A stretch of DNA of 64,000 bases from a virus (lineage: Duplodnaviria > Caudoviricetes), in IMG/VR virus record IMGVR_UViG_3300021256_000079, positions 1 through 64,000 of that record. One strand, 5' to 3'. How positions within the stretch are numbered: position 1 is the stretch's first letter; each line of letters starts with the position of its first letter. The position numbers and the translations under genes are program-made. A model generated the notes under the pieces. The model saw nothing but the letters and a program-made list of their open reading frames with translations. It searched no databases and was not told where the DNA came from. Positions 1-12,100 of this stretch are shown here, piece by piece.

Positions 1-60
1 CAGGCTCACAACAACATGCCGCCTTATCTTGCTGTAAATATGTGGAAGAGAGTGTCTTAA
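1..60 (+). CDS. 3' end of upstream tail/baseplate protein (partial)
   Basis: Frame 1 reads QAHNNMPPYLAVNMWKRVS*; HNNMPPYxxVxxWKR is a typical C-terminus of phage baseplate/tail-fibre proteins. Confidence 0.6.
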   Translation, partial: QAHNNMPPYLAVNMWKRVS

Positions 61-95
61 AAAATTCAAAATGGAAGTAAAAAGGAGCGATTCCG

Positions 96-3000
96 ATGGC
101 TCTAATTAATGGAAATGATTACGATCACATTGACTTTACAAAAAATGGAGTCACCACAAGACATATGCTGAAAGATACCCTTTCAAGACAGATGTCTGGC
201 GATCTGGTTAAGGTTCAGAATGAAGAGCCGACTTCCGAAGGTACTAAAATCTGGATTAAGCCTAGTGGGGACTCTGAAGTGCAAGTTCCGACTTATGAGG
301 AATTTGAGGAATTGAGCGATAAAATCGACGATGTAGATGCTACAATCGAATCTCTTGCTGTCGGTGCTCAGCCAACCGTTAGCGTGACAGAGGTCAATGG
401 TCATAAAAGATTCTCATTCGGTATCCCCGCTAGTAATGGAATTGCAAGCATCACTAAAACTGCAACTGATGGTGTAATTGATACTTACACGATTGCCATG
501 ACTGACGGCACATCTACGAGCTTCAGCGTAAACAATAGCGACATTTCTCCTGAAAGCATGGCAGAGGCAATTGCTACCGCTCTTCAGGATTACGCCAGAA
601 TCGACGGATATTATCCCGATCTTACAGCCGGCAATGCTGATCAGCTTAACTCTACAAAGTTTGTGGAGAATAAAGAACCGTATTTGTATCGTCCTTCTGG
701 CGGCACGTCCGATATAGGTAACCGAAAGTATCTTGATGCTATCGTTGGCGTGTCACTTCCTTGGAACCAGATGGTGCGAGATGAAGCTAGTGAAAACCAG
801 ACCAATTTCGCGGATATTTTGACGGTAACAGATGCCGTGGAAGATGCGGCAGGAGTGAAGGTGAAGATCGAGCCTGTGCAGGATTTGCACGGGTATGACC
901 ATCCGTGGCCTGCGGGGGGAGGGAAGAATCTAATGCCACCGCCGACATCCGTTGAAGCGAACGGGACAGATTTGAGAGTCACTCACAATAACGGACAGCT
1001 CACAATCAACGGAAACATACACTCTGGCGACACCATCATAGCCAGAATAGAACCGATAACCATAAGCGAAGGGCATATACTGGCATTCTTAAATTCGTTT
1101 GTTAACTCTACTGTTTATTTTCTGAACGGCACGACGAACGTCGATTATTTTTCTGCCAATACCACAAACCGAGTTGTTAACACGTCAAGCATGGCAACGC
1201 TTTACGGGAAGACGTTTAATGCGTACCGCATCATGTTCTCATCTGATCAAACCCTCACAAATGCAAGCTTTGCACTCATGGAGGTAGCAGATGGCGCAGA
1301 TACGACAAAGTTCTCTCCCTACTCCAACATCTGCCCGATCACCGGGTGGAATCAGGCGAAGGTGACGAGGATGGGGAAGAATCTGTTTGACCAATCGCAA
1401 CTGCTTCAAGCAACAGGTTGGGTATTAAACAATGATGGATATTATTATGGAATACGTTCTGCTTTTAATATCGCCTTTGGTGGCGGTTTTCCGGTCAACC
1501 CAAAGTTTAAGCCAAATACTCAGTATACGTTGTCGTTTGTCGGGTATAATAACCAAGCAATCAGCAATACTTACTTTTATATAAATTATACAGATGGAAC
1601 CCGCTCGATCGTTGCGTTTGGTTCAGCAATACCTACAAAGTACACGCTAACATCTACGGCAGGAAAAACGATAGCATATGTTTCCGGCACATTTGGAAGT
1701 GAAGGAACAATCATTGCATATATAAAAGACGTAATGATTGAGGAGGGTGTATCTGCTTCAGACTATAAGCTATACACTTCTCAGACCTACTCCATCACTC
1801 TCCCCACCGAAGCCGGAACAGTCTACGGTGGCGAGCTGACCATCAATGCTGATGGGTCTGGCAGTCTGGTGGTGGATAGGTTGGGCAAAACTTATACTGG
1901 TGCGTCAGATGAAGGATGGACAATGTCAGGCGTCGGAACATATGTAAAAGTTGAAGTATTAAAAAAGTCGGGATCAGTACCATTGTCTAATCAGTATTTG
2001 ATGGAAACTGGCACAGGAACCGCATTTAATATAAGGCCGATCGGTAATAACAATTTTGCAAACAAAAACGAGTGGCTAGCATACCTTGCAGAAAATCCGT
2101 TGCAAGTTGTTTTTGAACTCGAGACTCCTCTCACTTACTCCCTCACTGCTTCCGAAGTCACAACCCTTCTCGGCATAAATAATATTTGGTCAGACACCGG
2201 TGACGTAGCCCTCACCTACACAGGCACAGACGAGCATCTCGTTCTGGAGAGCGGCAAAAAGTACCTCGCACGCATTAACGGCACCGATTCCATGCTACTC
2301 GGCTCAGGTCAGGAGATCACATCGGCAAAGGGTACTGATAACGTGTTCGACCTGACAAAGATGTTTGGAACATCGGTTGCTGATTATGTATACAATCAGG
2401 GTGCTGAATATTTCCGTCAGTGGTTCAGAAAAACATGGTATTCGTATAACACAGGGGAACTTAAGCATGTCGAAGGACTGGAAAGTCATGACGTGGTTGG
2501 GTTTAATTTGTTCGATGGGACAGTTGAGTTCGGAAACGTCAACAATAACGGGCAACCGGATGGCAACACCCGTACTTATATCAGAACATCGGATTACACT
2601 CGTGTTCTACCAAACACAAGTTATTGTTTTCACGCTGAAAACGCCAGAGAATTTTCTCAGCTTTACACGCTTGAATTCGATGAAAACAAGACACTGATTA
2701 ATAGAGTAAGCAGAATTGGCAGTAATTCATCTATAAAAACCGCTACGGTAACTTTTACTACAGAGGCAAATGCCGCGTATGTAAAAATGTTTATTTACCA
2801 TAACATAGTTTTCCCCGATTTTGCTCATTGTTTGTTCAATTTAAATCTAGCTCACAACGGCAGTCGCAACGGCGAGTACGAACCCTATGAAAAGTACTCT
2901 CATCCTCTTGACAACACGGTCATACTTAGAGGCATTCCAAAAGTCGGTAGCAATGGCGTTTACTGGGACGGTGACAGATATTTGCCAGATGGGACTGTTG

Positions 3001-3647
3001 AGAAACGTTATGGCGTAATCGTGTTTAATGGAGCAGAAAATTGGATTCAAACCAGCGCGAGTGTTAATGCATTCTACGCCACAATAGCTCGATCACAAAT
3101 GCCGTACAAATATAGAGGCGAGATTGCGGTGTTAGCCGAATACCCGTTCAAGGGTTACTCGGCTAGTGCATATAGTAATACCATCGGAGCACAGAATGGT
3201 TCGTGCGCTTATGCTCCACCAACAAGTGACATAGGAAACGTGAGCGAGATAGCCTTTAAAGACTTACTTTGTAATACTGTTGATGCTTGGAAATCGAAAC
3301 TCGCATCAAATCCTGTAACAGTTATTTATGAACTTGCAGAACCCACATACGAACAAGCCACTCCTTATCGTAATTTCCAGCTTGTGGACGATTGGGGAAC
3401 GGAAGAATTCGTAACAACGGGTATGATTCCAGTCGGTCACGAATCTAGATATCCTGCGAATCTTAGGGATAAACTTCAGCATCTTCCTGATGCCGCTAAT
3501 TCAAACGGTAGTTATTTAATTACTCAGACTGATGGACAAATGACACTTACTCCTTTCCCTGCGCCTCCGACAACTGCTGGCAAGTATGTGCTTAGAGCCA
3601 CTGTTACAAATGGCGTAGCAACCTTTACGTGGGAGGCGACAACATGA
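96..3647 (+). CDS. Tail fibre / minor tail protein (1183 aa, mosaic)
   Basis: AAGGAG RBS; repeated GKNL/GFNLFD modules and two NP(L/V)xVx(F/Y)EL motifs typical of Firmicute phage tail proteins; lies upstream of the lysis genes. Confidence 0.7.
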   Translation: MALINGNDYDHIDFTKNGVTTRHMLKDTLSRQMSGDLVKVQNEEPTSEGTKIWIKPSGDSEVQVPTYEEFEELSDKIDDVDATIESLAVGAQPTVSVTEVNGHKRFSFGIPASNGIASITKTATDGVIDTYTIAMTDGTSTSFSVNNSDISPESMAEAIATALQDYARIDGYYPDLTAGNADQLNSTKFVENKEPYLYRPSGGTSDIGNRKYLDAIVGVSLPWNQMVRDEASENQTNFADILTVTDAVEDAAGVKVKIEPVQDLHGYDHPWPAGGGKNLMPPPTSVEANGTDLRVTHNNGQLTINGNIHSGDTIIARIEPITISEGHILAFLNSFVNSTVYFLNGTTNVDYFSANTTNRVVNTSSMATLYGKTFNAYRIMFSSDQTLTNASFALMEVADGADTTKFSPYSNICPITGWNQAKVTRMGKNLFDQSQLLQATGWVLNNDGYYYGIRSAFNIAFGGGFPVNPKFKPNTQYTLSFVGYNNQAISNTYFYINYTDGTRSIVAFGSAIPTKYTLTSTAGKTIAYVSGTFGSEGTIIAYIKDVMIEEGVSASDYKLYTSQTYSITLPTEAGTVYGGELTINADGSGSLVVDRLGKTYTGASDEGWTMSGVGTYVKVEVLKKSGSVPLSNQYLMETGTGTAFNIRPIGNNNFANKNEWLAYLAENPLQVVFELETPLTYSLTASEVTTLLGINNIWSDTGDVALTYTGTDEHLVLESGKKYLARINGTDSMLLGSGQEITSAKGTDNVFDLTKMFGTSVADYVYNQGAEYFRQWFRKTWYSYNTGELKHVEGLESHDVVGFNLFDGTVEFGNVNNNGQPDGNTRTYIRTSDYTRVLPNTSYCFHAENAREFSQLYTLEFDENKTLINRVSRIGSNSSIKTATVTFTTEANAAYVKMFIYHNIVFPDFAHCLFNLNLAHNGSRNGEYEPYEKYSHPLDNTVILRGIPKVGSNGVYWDGDRYLPDGTVEKRYGVIVFNGAENWIQTSASVNAFYATIARSQMPYKYRGEIAVLAEYPFKGYSASAYSNTIGAQNGSCAYAPPTSDIGNVSEIAFKDLLCNTVDAWKSKLASNPVTVIYELAEPTYEQATPYRNFQLVDDWGTEEFVTTGMIPVGHESRYPANLRDKLQHLPDAANSNGSYLITQTDGQMTLTPFPAPPTTAGKYVLRATVTNGVATFTWEATT

Positions 3648-4288
3648 AAATAAGACTCAAAGCTCCAGAAGGCTATCTCTATTATGACAGCCTGACTAAC
3701 CGCTATTATTCCGAATTGTTTACAAATGATCTAACAAGGTACACCCTTGTTCCGGCATCGCAGAAAGAAGAATGAGTTATGCAGTATTATTCTATAAACT
3801 TCAATATTAAGCAGGACGGCACAATTAGCAACACTGTCAAAACGGGTACGGAAACAGACATGCTTCGGCAGTATTATTTGTTCTGCGCAAACTCCGCAAC
3901 TAATGCAGACGGTGACCTGTTTGATGCAGTAGAATTTGGGACTTTTGAGGGTGGCAAACTCAAGCGCGAAGTGTTCGAACGCAGGCAGGCGATCTGATAT
4001 GTGCTATCCGTACCCGGTAATGCGTGAAGGACTATGCTACTTTTCAACCAAAAAGCATCACAAAAAAGCCAGATTCAAAAAGGCGTTTGCTCGTGAAATG
4101 GAAAGAGTAAGAAAGATTCTTACGAGGTGAATCTAATGGGTGAAAATAAAGATCTAGCAGAAAAAATATACTGGATTCTGATTGAAGAAGGACAGCATAA
4201 TCTGAAATTCCCGCTTGGCAGCATAATCACAAACACACCGGATGAAGTAAGAGACATTATCCGAAAGCATATCGAGGAACTGACTTAA
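3644..4288 (+). other. Cluster of four small ORFs (3644-3775, 3779-3997, 3999-4130, 4136-4288), hypothetical
   Basis: Tightly abutting short ORFs between tail fibre and endolysin; no recognisable motifs. Confidence 0.45.
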
Positions 4289-4703
4289 TAGGAGGAAGTA
4301 ACGATGGACTACGGCCCGGATTCTCTTATATGGTTTGTCATATGGGCTGTTGGGGTCTATTTAAAGATCGAGGAGCTTGACGAATGTTCTGTATTCACGA
4401 ATGGTATAAGATAACCGATAAGCCTATTTATGATTATTGGGACTATTCCGGCAATCATGTCGGTGTATTTTTGTGCAAATGCAAATTGTGCGGCAAAGAG
4501 CGAAAGAAGAAATTTTTCTAAACGGTTCACTGCTTGAGTAGGTGGGTACGGTGAAACGTGATTCAAGACACCGTAAACAGGAGAAAAAGCAGTAACACTT
4601 TAACTGTTGTTTGGCCGATTACAGCACTGACTGGCAGGCGTTCAACGTCTCGAAAGGCTTGTAGACAAATCGGCAATTAATTCAAAATGGAAGTGAAAAT
4701 GCT

Positions 4704-5519
4704 ATGGCTAAGAGGGTTGAAGTTTCCGAACTAATAAGTCTCTTCCAAAAGATGTATAAACAGAAATGGAAGTATGAGTGGGGCAAATCCACAGAAGGAT
4801 GCGTTGACTGCTCGGGTGCATTTACCTACGCTTTTAGGACCCTTGGCGGCATAGGCTATCCGAATGGAAGCAACGCCATTGCTAGAAGATATTCTGTTGG
4901 TGGACTTCTTCCCATTTCTGAAGCAAAACCTGGAATGGCAGCATTGAAACTTCATAAACCGGGTGAAAAAGGATATGACCTCCCTTCTAAATACTTGAAG
5001 GGAGGCTCTTCTTATAATGGGGATCTCAACGACTACTATCATATCGGACTCGTTGATGAAGATACGAACTATGTACTTAACGCAAAAGGCACAAGATACG
5101 GTTTCTGTAGAGACAAAATCTCCACTTGGGACTGCGTATTTTATCTGAAAGGTGTGGACTATGGAAGTACTTCAGATGAACCAAAGGAGGATATTCCTAT
5201 GCTGGAAGCAAAAGTGGTTCTGCCAAGCGGAGCCAAGGGAGATACCGTTAGAATGAGAAAACGTGCCTCAACAAGTGCAGATGTTGTTGAAAATGTTCCT
5301 GTTGGAAGCACAATCATGGTTGAATCAGACGAAGGTCAGTGGTGCAAAATCCAGTATGGCTCTAAGTCTGGCTACATGATGAGTAACTACATTGAGTATG
5401 CCGGTCAGCAGGACGAAACAGATAGTCTTACTGCCGAGCAGAAAAAGCAGATTGACGAAGCCCTCAAAGAAATTGAGCGCCTGGTTGATGTGATTGGCGG
5501 AATTGTTGGAAGGGGCTGA
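4704..5519 (+). CDS. Endolysin: NlpC/P60-like cysteine peptidase plus SH3b cell-wall-binding domain
   Basis: YEWG...GCVDCSG catalytic Cys, YYHIGLV His, C-terminal VRMRKRAST...GQWCKIQYGSKSGYMMSNYI SH3b pattern; followed by small membrane ORFs. Confidence 0.85.
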   Translation: MAKRVEVSELISLFQKMYKQKWKYEWGKSTEGCVDCSGAFTYAFRTLGGIGYPNGSNAIARRYSVGGLLPISEAKPGMAALKLHKPGEKGYDLPSKYLKGGSSYNGDLNDYYHIGLVDEDTNYVLNAKGTRYGFCRDKISTWDCVFYLKGVDYGSTSDEPKEDIPMLEAKVVLPSGAKGDTVRMRKRASTSADVVENVPVGSTIMVESDEGQWCKIQYGSKSGYMMSNYIEYAGQQDETDSLTAEQKKQIDEALKEIERLVDVIGGIVGRG

Positions 5520-5524
5520 ATCCT

Positions 5525-5842
5525 ATGGAGAACTTAACGTTTGTTCAGATAAAAGACTTTATTATCGTATTTCTCGCGCTTGCTGGTGCCGTCGTTCTTA
5601 TCGGAAATGTTATAAAGACACTTCATGAATGGAAGAAGCCTGGCGAAGATCTTGACGCTTGGCGACAGGATGTCGACCGTAAACTTTCAATGGACGATGA
5701 GAGGCTTAAGGCTATCGAAGACGGTAATAAAGTGGTAACACGTGGAGTTTTAGCCCTAATTTCGCATGAACTCAATGGAAACAGTACGGATAAATTGCAG
5801 AAAAGCCAAGCGGAAATAACAAACTATTTAATCGACAGATAG
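5525..5842 (+). CDS. Single-TM membrane protein, holin-like lysis accessory
   Basis: N-terminal TM (FIIVFLALAGAVVLIG) then coiled coil; directly after the endolysin. Confidence 0.6.
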   Translation: MENLTFVQIKDFIIVFLALAGAVVLIGNVIKTLHEWKKPGEDLDAWRQDVDRKLSMDDERLKAIEDGNKVVTRGVLALISHELNGNSTDKLQKSQAEITNYLIDR

Positions 5843-5852
5843 AGGGATCAAC

Positions 5853-6140
5853 ATGTCTGTCAAAAGAAAAACTTACATCCAGTTCTCAAAAAAGTTAATC
5901 ACGGCAGTCATGATATTTTGGGGAGTCGTAAGGCTGATGTCCGTAATCGCGACGTGGCTTAATCCTGACTCTGGGAATACTATGGCGATAATAGTTCGTG
6001 GTGTAGACGATATTGCTATGATAAATGTTCTCGCCTATACAGGAAACTCGGTTTCCGAAAAAGTTGCGCTCGGATATTTTCAAATGAAAAGCGGAATTAA
6101 AGACGAGGACGAAGAAGAACAAGACGATGGAAATGGTTAA
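5853..6140 (+). CDS. Small membrane protein of lysis module
   Basis: Hydrophobic segments and acidic tail; lysis context. Confidence 0.55.
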   Translation: MSVKRKTYIQFSKKLITAVMIFWGVVRLMSVIATWLNPDSGNTMAIIVRGVDDIAMINVLAYTGNSVSEKVALGYFQMKSGIKDEDEEEQDDGNG

Positions 6141-6154
6141 GGAGGTTTTCATTT

Positions 6155-6391
6155 ATGGATTGGAAAAAGAAACTCACAAGTCGTAAGTTCTGGATTGCTG
6201 TTGTTGAATTTGTTTCTATGCTGCTTATTGCTCTCGGCAAACCCGAGAATGTTGTGACACAGGTTTCAGCTATTATTATGGCTGGAGCAGGTGTTGTTGC
6301 TTATATTATCGGTGAAGGTCTTGCCGATGCTGCCGGTGCTGGCAAGGATGAATACCTTATTTCTGATGATGAAGTAGAGCATGTGGATTAA
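6155..6391 (+). CDS. Holin
   Basis: MDWKKKLTSRKFW start, two TM helices and YIIGEGLAD, a typical Firmicute phage holin pattern. Confidence 0.8.
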   Translation: MDWKKKLTSRKFWIAVVEFVSMLLIALGKPENVVTQVSAIIMAGAGVVAYIIGEGLADAAGAGKDEYLISDDEVEHVD

Positions 6392-6755
6392 ATGCAACCC
6401 AAACCCCATGAAAAAAGAGGTTCCGGATTGCGTCGTTAGAGCTATTGCAATCGCCCTGAACCGTCCGTGGACAGATATTTACGACGATTTGTACCTGGTC
6501 GGTCGGGGCGAATGCAACATGCCAAGCGCTGATGAAGTATGGGGAAAGTACCTCTATCAAATGGGGTTCGAGCCTTTTCTTTTACCGGCAGCATGTCCTG
6601 AATGTGTAACAGTCAGACATTTCTGCAATATGTATCCGATGGGAACATATATTATCGGGACTGGTACACATGCTGTGGCAGTTATTAACGGCAACTATTA
6701 CGATAGCTGGGATTCTGGCAACACAGTTCCCAGTTTTTTCTGGCGTGTTATTTAA
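6381..6755 (+). CDS. Papain-fold (C39-like) peptidase-like protein
   Basis: DCVVRAI (Cys), THAVAVING (His), YYDSWDSG (Asp). Confidence 0.6.
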   Translation: MWIKCNPNPMKKEVPDCVVRAIAIALNRPWTDIYDDLYLVGRGECNMPSADEVWGKYLYQMGFEPFLLPAACPECVTVRHFCNMYPMGTYIIGTGTHAVAVINGNYYDSWDSGNTVPSFFWRVI

Positions 6756-6773
6756 GAAAGGACTGAAAACGTT

Positions 6774-7277
6774 ATGCCGAATTATTACAATCCGTATAAC
6801 TTTTTCCCGCAGACCTATCCCGGCCTTGCTTCGATGCAGCAACAGCCGGCAATATACAATCCTCCAACTCAGCCGCCTCAGACTCAGATGACCCAGCCAA
6901 AATACTGGGAATGGGTTGAAGGAGAAGTTGGAGCAAGAGCCTATCAGATGCCTCCTGGATGGCCGGCAAATCAGCCAATTCCACTCTGGGATTCAACAGA
7001 TACTGCTATCTTCCTTAAAAGCTGGAACGCAATGGGGATTCCGAATCCTATTGTAAGAATTCCTTATGCTTCACAGGAAAAATGGACTCAACTTGGCGTA
7101 TCTGGCAATACTTCGTCCGCACAGTATGTCACCAAAGAGGACTTTGCATCCCTTAAAGAAGAGATCCAGAGTCTGAAAGAATCTTTCAATAATCAGAACT
7201 ATCGAAAGAATCAAAATGGAAGTAATAACCAGAATGGTCAGAACAATGTAAACAAGGGAGGCAACAATAATGGTTAA
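6774..7277 (+). CDS. Hypothetical protein, P/Q/Y-rich N-terminus
   Basis: Coupled ORF with WVEGEVGA and YVTKEDF motifs. Confidence 0.65.
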   Translation: MPNYYNPYNFFPQTYPGLASMQQQPAIYNPPTQPPQTQMTQPKYWEWVEGEVGARAYQMPPGWPANQPIPLWDSTDTAIFLKSWNAMGIPNPIVRIPYASQEKWTQLGVSGNTSSAQYVTKEDFASLKEEIQSLKESFNNQNYRKNQNGSNNQNGQNNVNKGGNNNG

Positions 7278-7578
7278 TCCTTTGTTCCAGCAGTTCTTTG
7301 GTGGCGGTATGCCCTCTCCGCAGTCACCGCAAATTCCTCAAATGCCTCAGATGCCTAATCAGAACCCCATGCAGATGATGGCAAACGTCATGAGAGCCAT
7401 GATGAATCCCGCTGCATTTGTAAAGCAGTATTTCCCGGATATTCCGGACAACATTCAGAACGATCCAAATCAGGTGTTCAACTATCTGCAACAGACTCGT
7501 CCTCAGGTAACAGGACAGCAGATTCAGCAAGCTCAGCAGACAGCTGGACAGATAATTGGACAGGGAAATGTTAGGTAA
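7270..7578 (+). CDS. Hypothetical Q/P/M-rich protein
   Basis: GGAGG RBS; overlaps the previous stop. Confidence 0.65.
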   Translation: MVNPLFQQFFGGGMPSPQSPQIPQMPQMPNQNPMQMMANVMRAMMNPAAFVKQYFPDIPDNIQNDPNQVFNYLQQTRPQVTGQQIQQAQQTAGQIIGQGNVR

Positions 7579-7629
7579 AAACATATGAAACTGCCCTGTT
7601 CTTGAAGAATTATTAAAGAGGTGTAAAAG

Positions 7630-9132
7630 ATGTCCGGTAGTAATCATATCGTGTACGTTCGTTTTCATAAAAACGGGTTCTTTATGACCAGGGCAGTTCA
7701 TCAATACGATTACGGACAGGTTTTGGATATTAGCGAGTTTCCAAACCTGCCCGCTTCCTTTGAAATGCATTATGCAACAAAGGGAGACACTAAATCTTTG
7801 CTTCAGTTCGGTACAAATGGCGTTGTGCCAATTCCGGATATTCTGCTACAAAAGCCGGCAACAGTTATTGCCTGGCTTTACTTGCATGACGGAGAAACAG
7901 ATGGTGAAACAAGATACGTCATTGAGATTCCAGTTCGTCCGAGGGCAGAGATAGCTGATGTTGAACCAGAACCAGTCGAGCAGAGAGCCATAGACCAGAT
8001 CCTTAACGCTTTGAACGAAGCTATCGATAGATGCGAAGCTGCGGTTGAAAAAGTTGAAAGTATTTCTGCTACAGCAGTGACTCTTTCTCCTGGATCTGAA
8101 GCTACAGCAAAGTATGAAGACGGTCTTTTGACAATTGGCGTTCCTAAAGGTGACGTTGGTCCTCGTGGACCTCAGGGATACCAAGGTGAGCAGGGTCCAC
8201 GTGGTCCTCAGGGTCCTCAAGGCTTAAGAGGACCACAAGGTCTTCAGGGTCCAAGAGGTTATCAAGGTCCTAAGGGTGAGCGCGGTCCTCAGGGTGAGCA
8301 GGGTCCACGTGGTCCTCAAGGATTCCAAGGCGAACAGGGTGAACGTGGTCCTCAAGGTCCTGAGGGTCCTCGTGGGCCTCAGGGTCCAAAAGGTGAACCT
8401 GGAACTAATGCCATTAACGATAATGCTGGCGCTGGATATGTGAGCAATACTTGGTCCGCTAATAAACTGACAAATGAATTTAGCAGAATACCGGTTACTT
8501 CTGGAACGGGAACAGGATCTGCAAAGACTAAGGATTTTGCATATGTCGAAGGTGGTAATACTGTACGTGTTTCTCAGGTTGCGAGCGGACTTGGTTCCTT
8601 TGCAGAAGGATATTCTACAAGTGCAACTGGCAGAGCAGCTCATGCTGAAGGTGAAAGTAATATAGCAAATGGCCAACGTTCTCATGCTGAAGGCATTGGC
8701 ACAAGGGCCGTTGCTAACGATCAGCATGTGCAAGGTAGGTATAACGTTGCAAGCGGTGTTTATGCGGATATTGTTGGTAATGGGACAAGTGTCAGCGATA
8801 GATCCAATGCTTACACTCTTGACTGGGATGGTAATGCTTGGTTTGCTGGTAAAGTAAGTGCTGACAACCCGACTGATGGCAGCGATCTTACCACAAAAGA
8901 ATATGTCGATCGTCTTAAAGATATTTCGCCAGATGTTGTTATGGAAGGCATTGCTATGAAAGCTGTTAGTGCTATTTCAGAAGGATCATACTTTATGATT
9001 AACAATCAGGCATACGTTACCACTACGGATATTTCAAGCGGAGCAACTCTTATTGATGGGACAAATTGCTCTAAGATTGGACTTACTGAGATACTGAACA
9101 TTCTTAAAGACAGCGCTGCAAGACTTGGATAA
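7630..9132 (+). CDS. Collagen-like fibre protein with YadA-head-like repeats
   Basis: About 28 Gly-X-Y triplets (~8150-8400), then S/AHAEG repeats; N-terminal QYDYGQVL resembles baseplate-attachment domains. Confidence 0.8.
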   Translation: MSGSNHIVYVRFHKNGFFMTRAVHQYDYGQVLDISEFPNLPASFEMHYATKGDTKSLLQFGTNGVVPIPDILLQKPATVIAWLYLHDGETDGETRYVIEIPVRPRAEIADVEPEPVEQRAIDQILNALNEAIDRCEAAVEKVESISATAVTLSPGSEATAKYEDGLLTIGVPKGDVGPRGPQGYQGEQGPRGPQGPQGLRGPQGLQGPRGYQGPKGERGPQGEQGPRGPQGFQGEQGERGPQGPEGPRGPQGPKGEPGTNAINDNAGAGYVSNTWSANKLTNEFSRIPVTSGTGTGSAKTKDFAYVEGGNTVRVSQVASGLGSFAEGYSTSATGRAAHAEGESNIANGQRSHAEGIGTRAVANDQHVQGRYNVASGVYADIVGNGTSVSDRSNAYTLDWDGNAWFAGKVSADNPTDGSDLTTKEYVDRLKDISPDVVMEGIAMKAVSAISEGSYFMINNQAYVTTTDISSGATLIDGTNCSKIGLTEILNILKDSAARLG

Positions 9133-9147
9133 AAAGGAGAGTGTGAT

Positions 9148-12100
9148 ATGCCAGTATCGATTAAACGTTCTCAGATGAGATACAAGGGTGCAAATGGCGA
9201 ATTTGTTGGAGTCGATGCCGTTGCTGATCAGATCACAACTGAGATGATAGATAATATTAACGAAGCTGGAGAAGCTCAGCTCGCCGCCATTCAAGCAAAA
9301 GCAGAAGAGGCTAGAGCAAGTGTTCCTGACAGCTATACCGCGCTTTCGGACAGGGTAAACGCAGTCGAAGAAGACATGTCTAAGACTGTTGATGGCGCTT
9401 ATGTTGAAAACGGTGTAGCATATTTCACTCGTGGCGACGATGTATTGTTCTCCATCACCGGAATAGGCGGAGGTGGTGGAGGCGGAAGTACCAATAATGC
9501 TGTTCTCACTGTTCAGAACACAACGGGATGGCTTAGCACTGCAGTTGCTATTGGTACGGATATTTTGCTGTCTCTTACTTGGTCTTCTCTTGAAGAAGAA
9601 ATTTCTACTGGAGATGGCGTACTCTACATCATTAACAACGACTCAATTGTTAGGACTACGGATGTACATCAGGGTAGTGTCAGCGTCAATGTCAAAGATA
9701 TTTTGACTGCTGGTGACAACCGTGTAAAGCTTAGAATTGCGGATGTCTATGGCAACTCCAGAACCATTGCATTCAACATTAAGTGCATCGAGCTTCTTAT
9801 AACTTCTGTCTTTGATCCGAGTATTGTTTATACTTCTCAGTTTACGTTCCCATATATCGCTCATGGTGACATCGAGAAGACTGTATATTTGGAAATTGAC
9901 GGAACGGTTGTTGATTCCCAGACGATTACTACATCTGGACACCAGAGAACTTTTGAGATTCAGCCGCTTTCTCACGGATCTCATTTGATTAGATGCTACT
10001 TTGAATCTGTAATTAACGAACAGACTATTCGTAGTAACGTAATTTCTTACAATATTCTCTTTGCCACGGACGAAGGAACTGAGACTATTCTGTCGGCTAA
10101 CATCGCATCGACATCTGTTTCTCAGTATAGTTCGATTGTTCTTGACTACATTGTCTATAAACCTGGTATGCTTACGGCTCCTGTTGATATTTCGCTTAAC
10201 GGAACTGTAATTTCAAGCCAGGTTGTCGATAGAACTCGTCACACTTACAACATTCGTATGGATATTTCTGGTTCCAATACGATTGTTATCAGTAGCGAAG
10301 GTGTAACAAAGACGTTTAATGTCACTGTTACAGAGACTGACATGGCGGAAGCTGAAACAGACTCTCTTAAACTTTATCTCACAAGTTACGGAAGAAGTAA
10401 TAATGAGAGTGAAGAGGGAAGAGCTGTTTGGCAAGACACCAATAATGATATTTCTGCTACTCTTACAGGCTTCAACTTCTCTTCAGATGGCTGGGTTAAA
10501 GACGAAGAAGGTCAGGATGTTCTTAGAGTCGGTGGCGATGCCAGGATTACTATTCCTTATAGACTCTTTGAGAACGACTTCAGAACAAAGGGCAAGACGA
10601 TAGAGATCGAGTTCTCGACAAGGTCGGTTTTGAGTTACGATGCAACGATTCTTAGTTGTATCAGTGACAACATCGGTCTTCTGATCACCCCTCAGACTGC
10701 AACTTTGACCTCTGAACAGTCTTCTGTCACAACCAGATACAAGGAAAATGAGCATATTCGCTTGACATTTGTGTGCGACAAGAGATCTGAAGACAGACTT
10801 CTCATGATTTATATTAACGGCATTCCTTCTGGTGTTGTACAGTATCCTAGTGATGATGACTTCTCTCAGAGGAATCCTGTTGATATTTCAATCGGAAGCT
10901 CGGATTGCACAATTGACCTGTATACTATTCGTATTTACGACAACAATCTTACAAGGAATCAGGTTCTCAACAACTTTATTGCTGATACAAGAGATATTAG
11001 CAAGAGGGCTGAGCTTTACGAGCGGAATAATGTTTATGATATTTATGGTAACATTATCGCTTCTAAGCTTCCGAGAGATCTGCCTTATATGATCGTTGAA
11101 GCAGAGCAGCTTCCTCAGTATAAAGGCGATAAGAAGACGGTTTCCGGTACTTATGTTGATCCTGCAAATCCTGTTAAGTCTTTTACATTTACTGGATGCC
11201 AGATTAATGTTCAGGGTACTTCTTCTGCTCCTTATGCTAGAAAGAATTACGACCTTCAGTTTAAGAATGGCTTTGAGATGACACAGAGCGGTTCTCATGC
11301 GGATAATTACGCGCTTACTGATACCATTGTGCCGTTCAACCGTTTTGTCACGAAGGCGGACGTTGCCTCTTCTGAAGGCGCCAATAACGTCGAACTTGTT
11401 AAACTTTATTGTGAAATTAGTCCCTTTAAGACAAGGGAAATGCTCGCTGACAGCAGGATCAGACAGGGTATTTATGGTTTCCCGATTGTAATGTTCTGGA
11501 AGAATGCTACAACCGGAGCAACTTCTTTCCTTGGTAAATACAATTTTAACCTCCCGAAACGTGCTCCTGGACCTTACGGATATTCCGGAGACATGGAATC
11601 TTGGGAGTTCCAGAACAACACTTCGAATCTGATGCTCTTTAAGACTGATTACTTCGATGAAACGATGTATACAGACCCAGAAACTGGCGACACAAAAGAA
11701 CGTTGGAGATACGACTATGAAGCTCGTTTCCCTGATGACAGTTGGGTCAACTATACAAAGCTTCAGGAACTTCAGTCTTTTATTGTGTCAACTGACAGAA
11801 GTGCTGCGACTGGAGAAGATCTTGCAAGTCCGGTTGTATATTCTAATGTGACTTATACAAAAGATACGGCTGAGTACAGACTTGCTAAATTTAAGAACGA
11901 ATTCGGTAACTATGCTGAAGTCAATTCCTTCATATTCTATTATTTGTTCACAGAGTTCTTCCTTATGGTTGACTCCAGAGCAAAGAACCTCTTTATAGGC
12001 TTCTCTGGATCTGACACTGATCCGAGTCTTAATCTGGCTATTGACAGAAAAGCCGTTGCCGAACCTTATGATATGGATACCGCTATTGGTACAAACAACG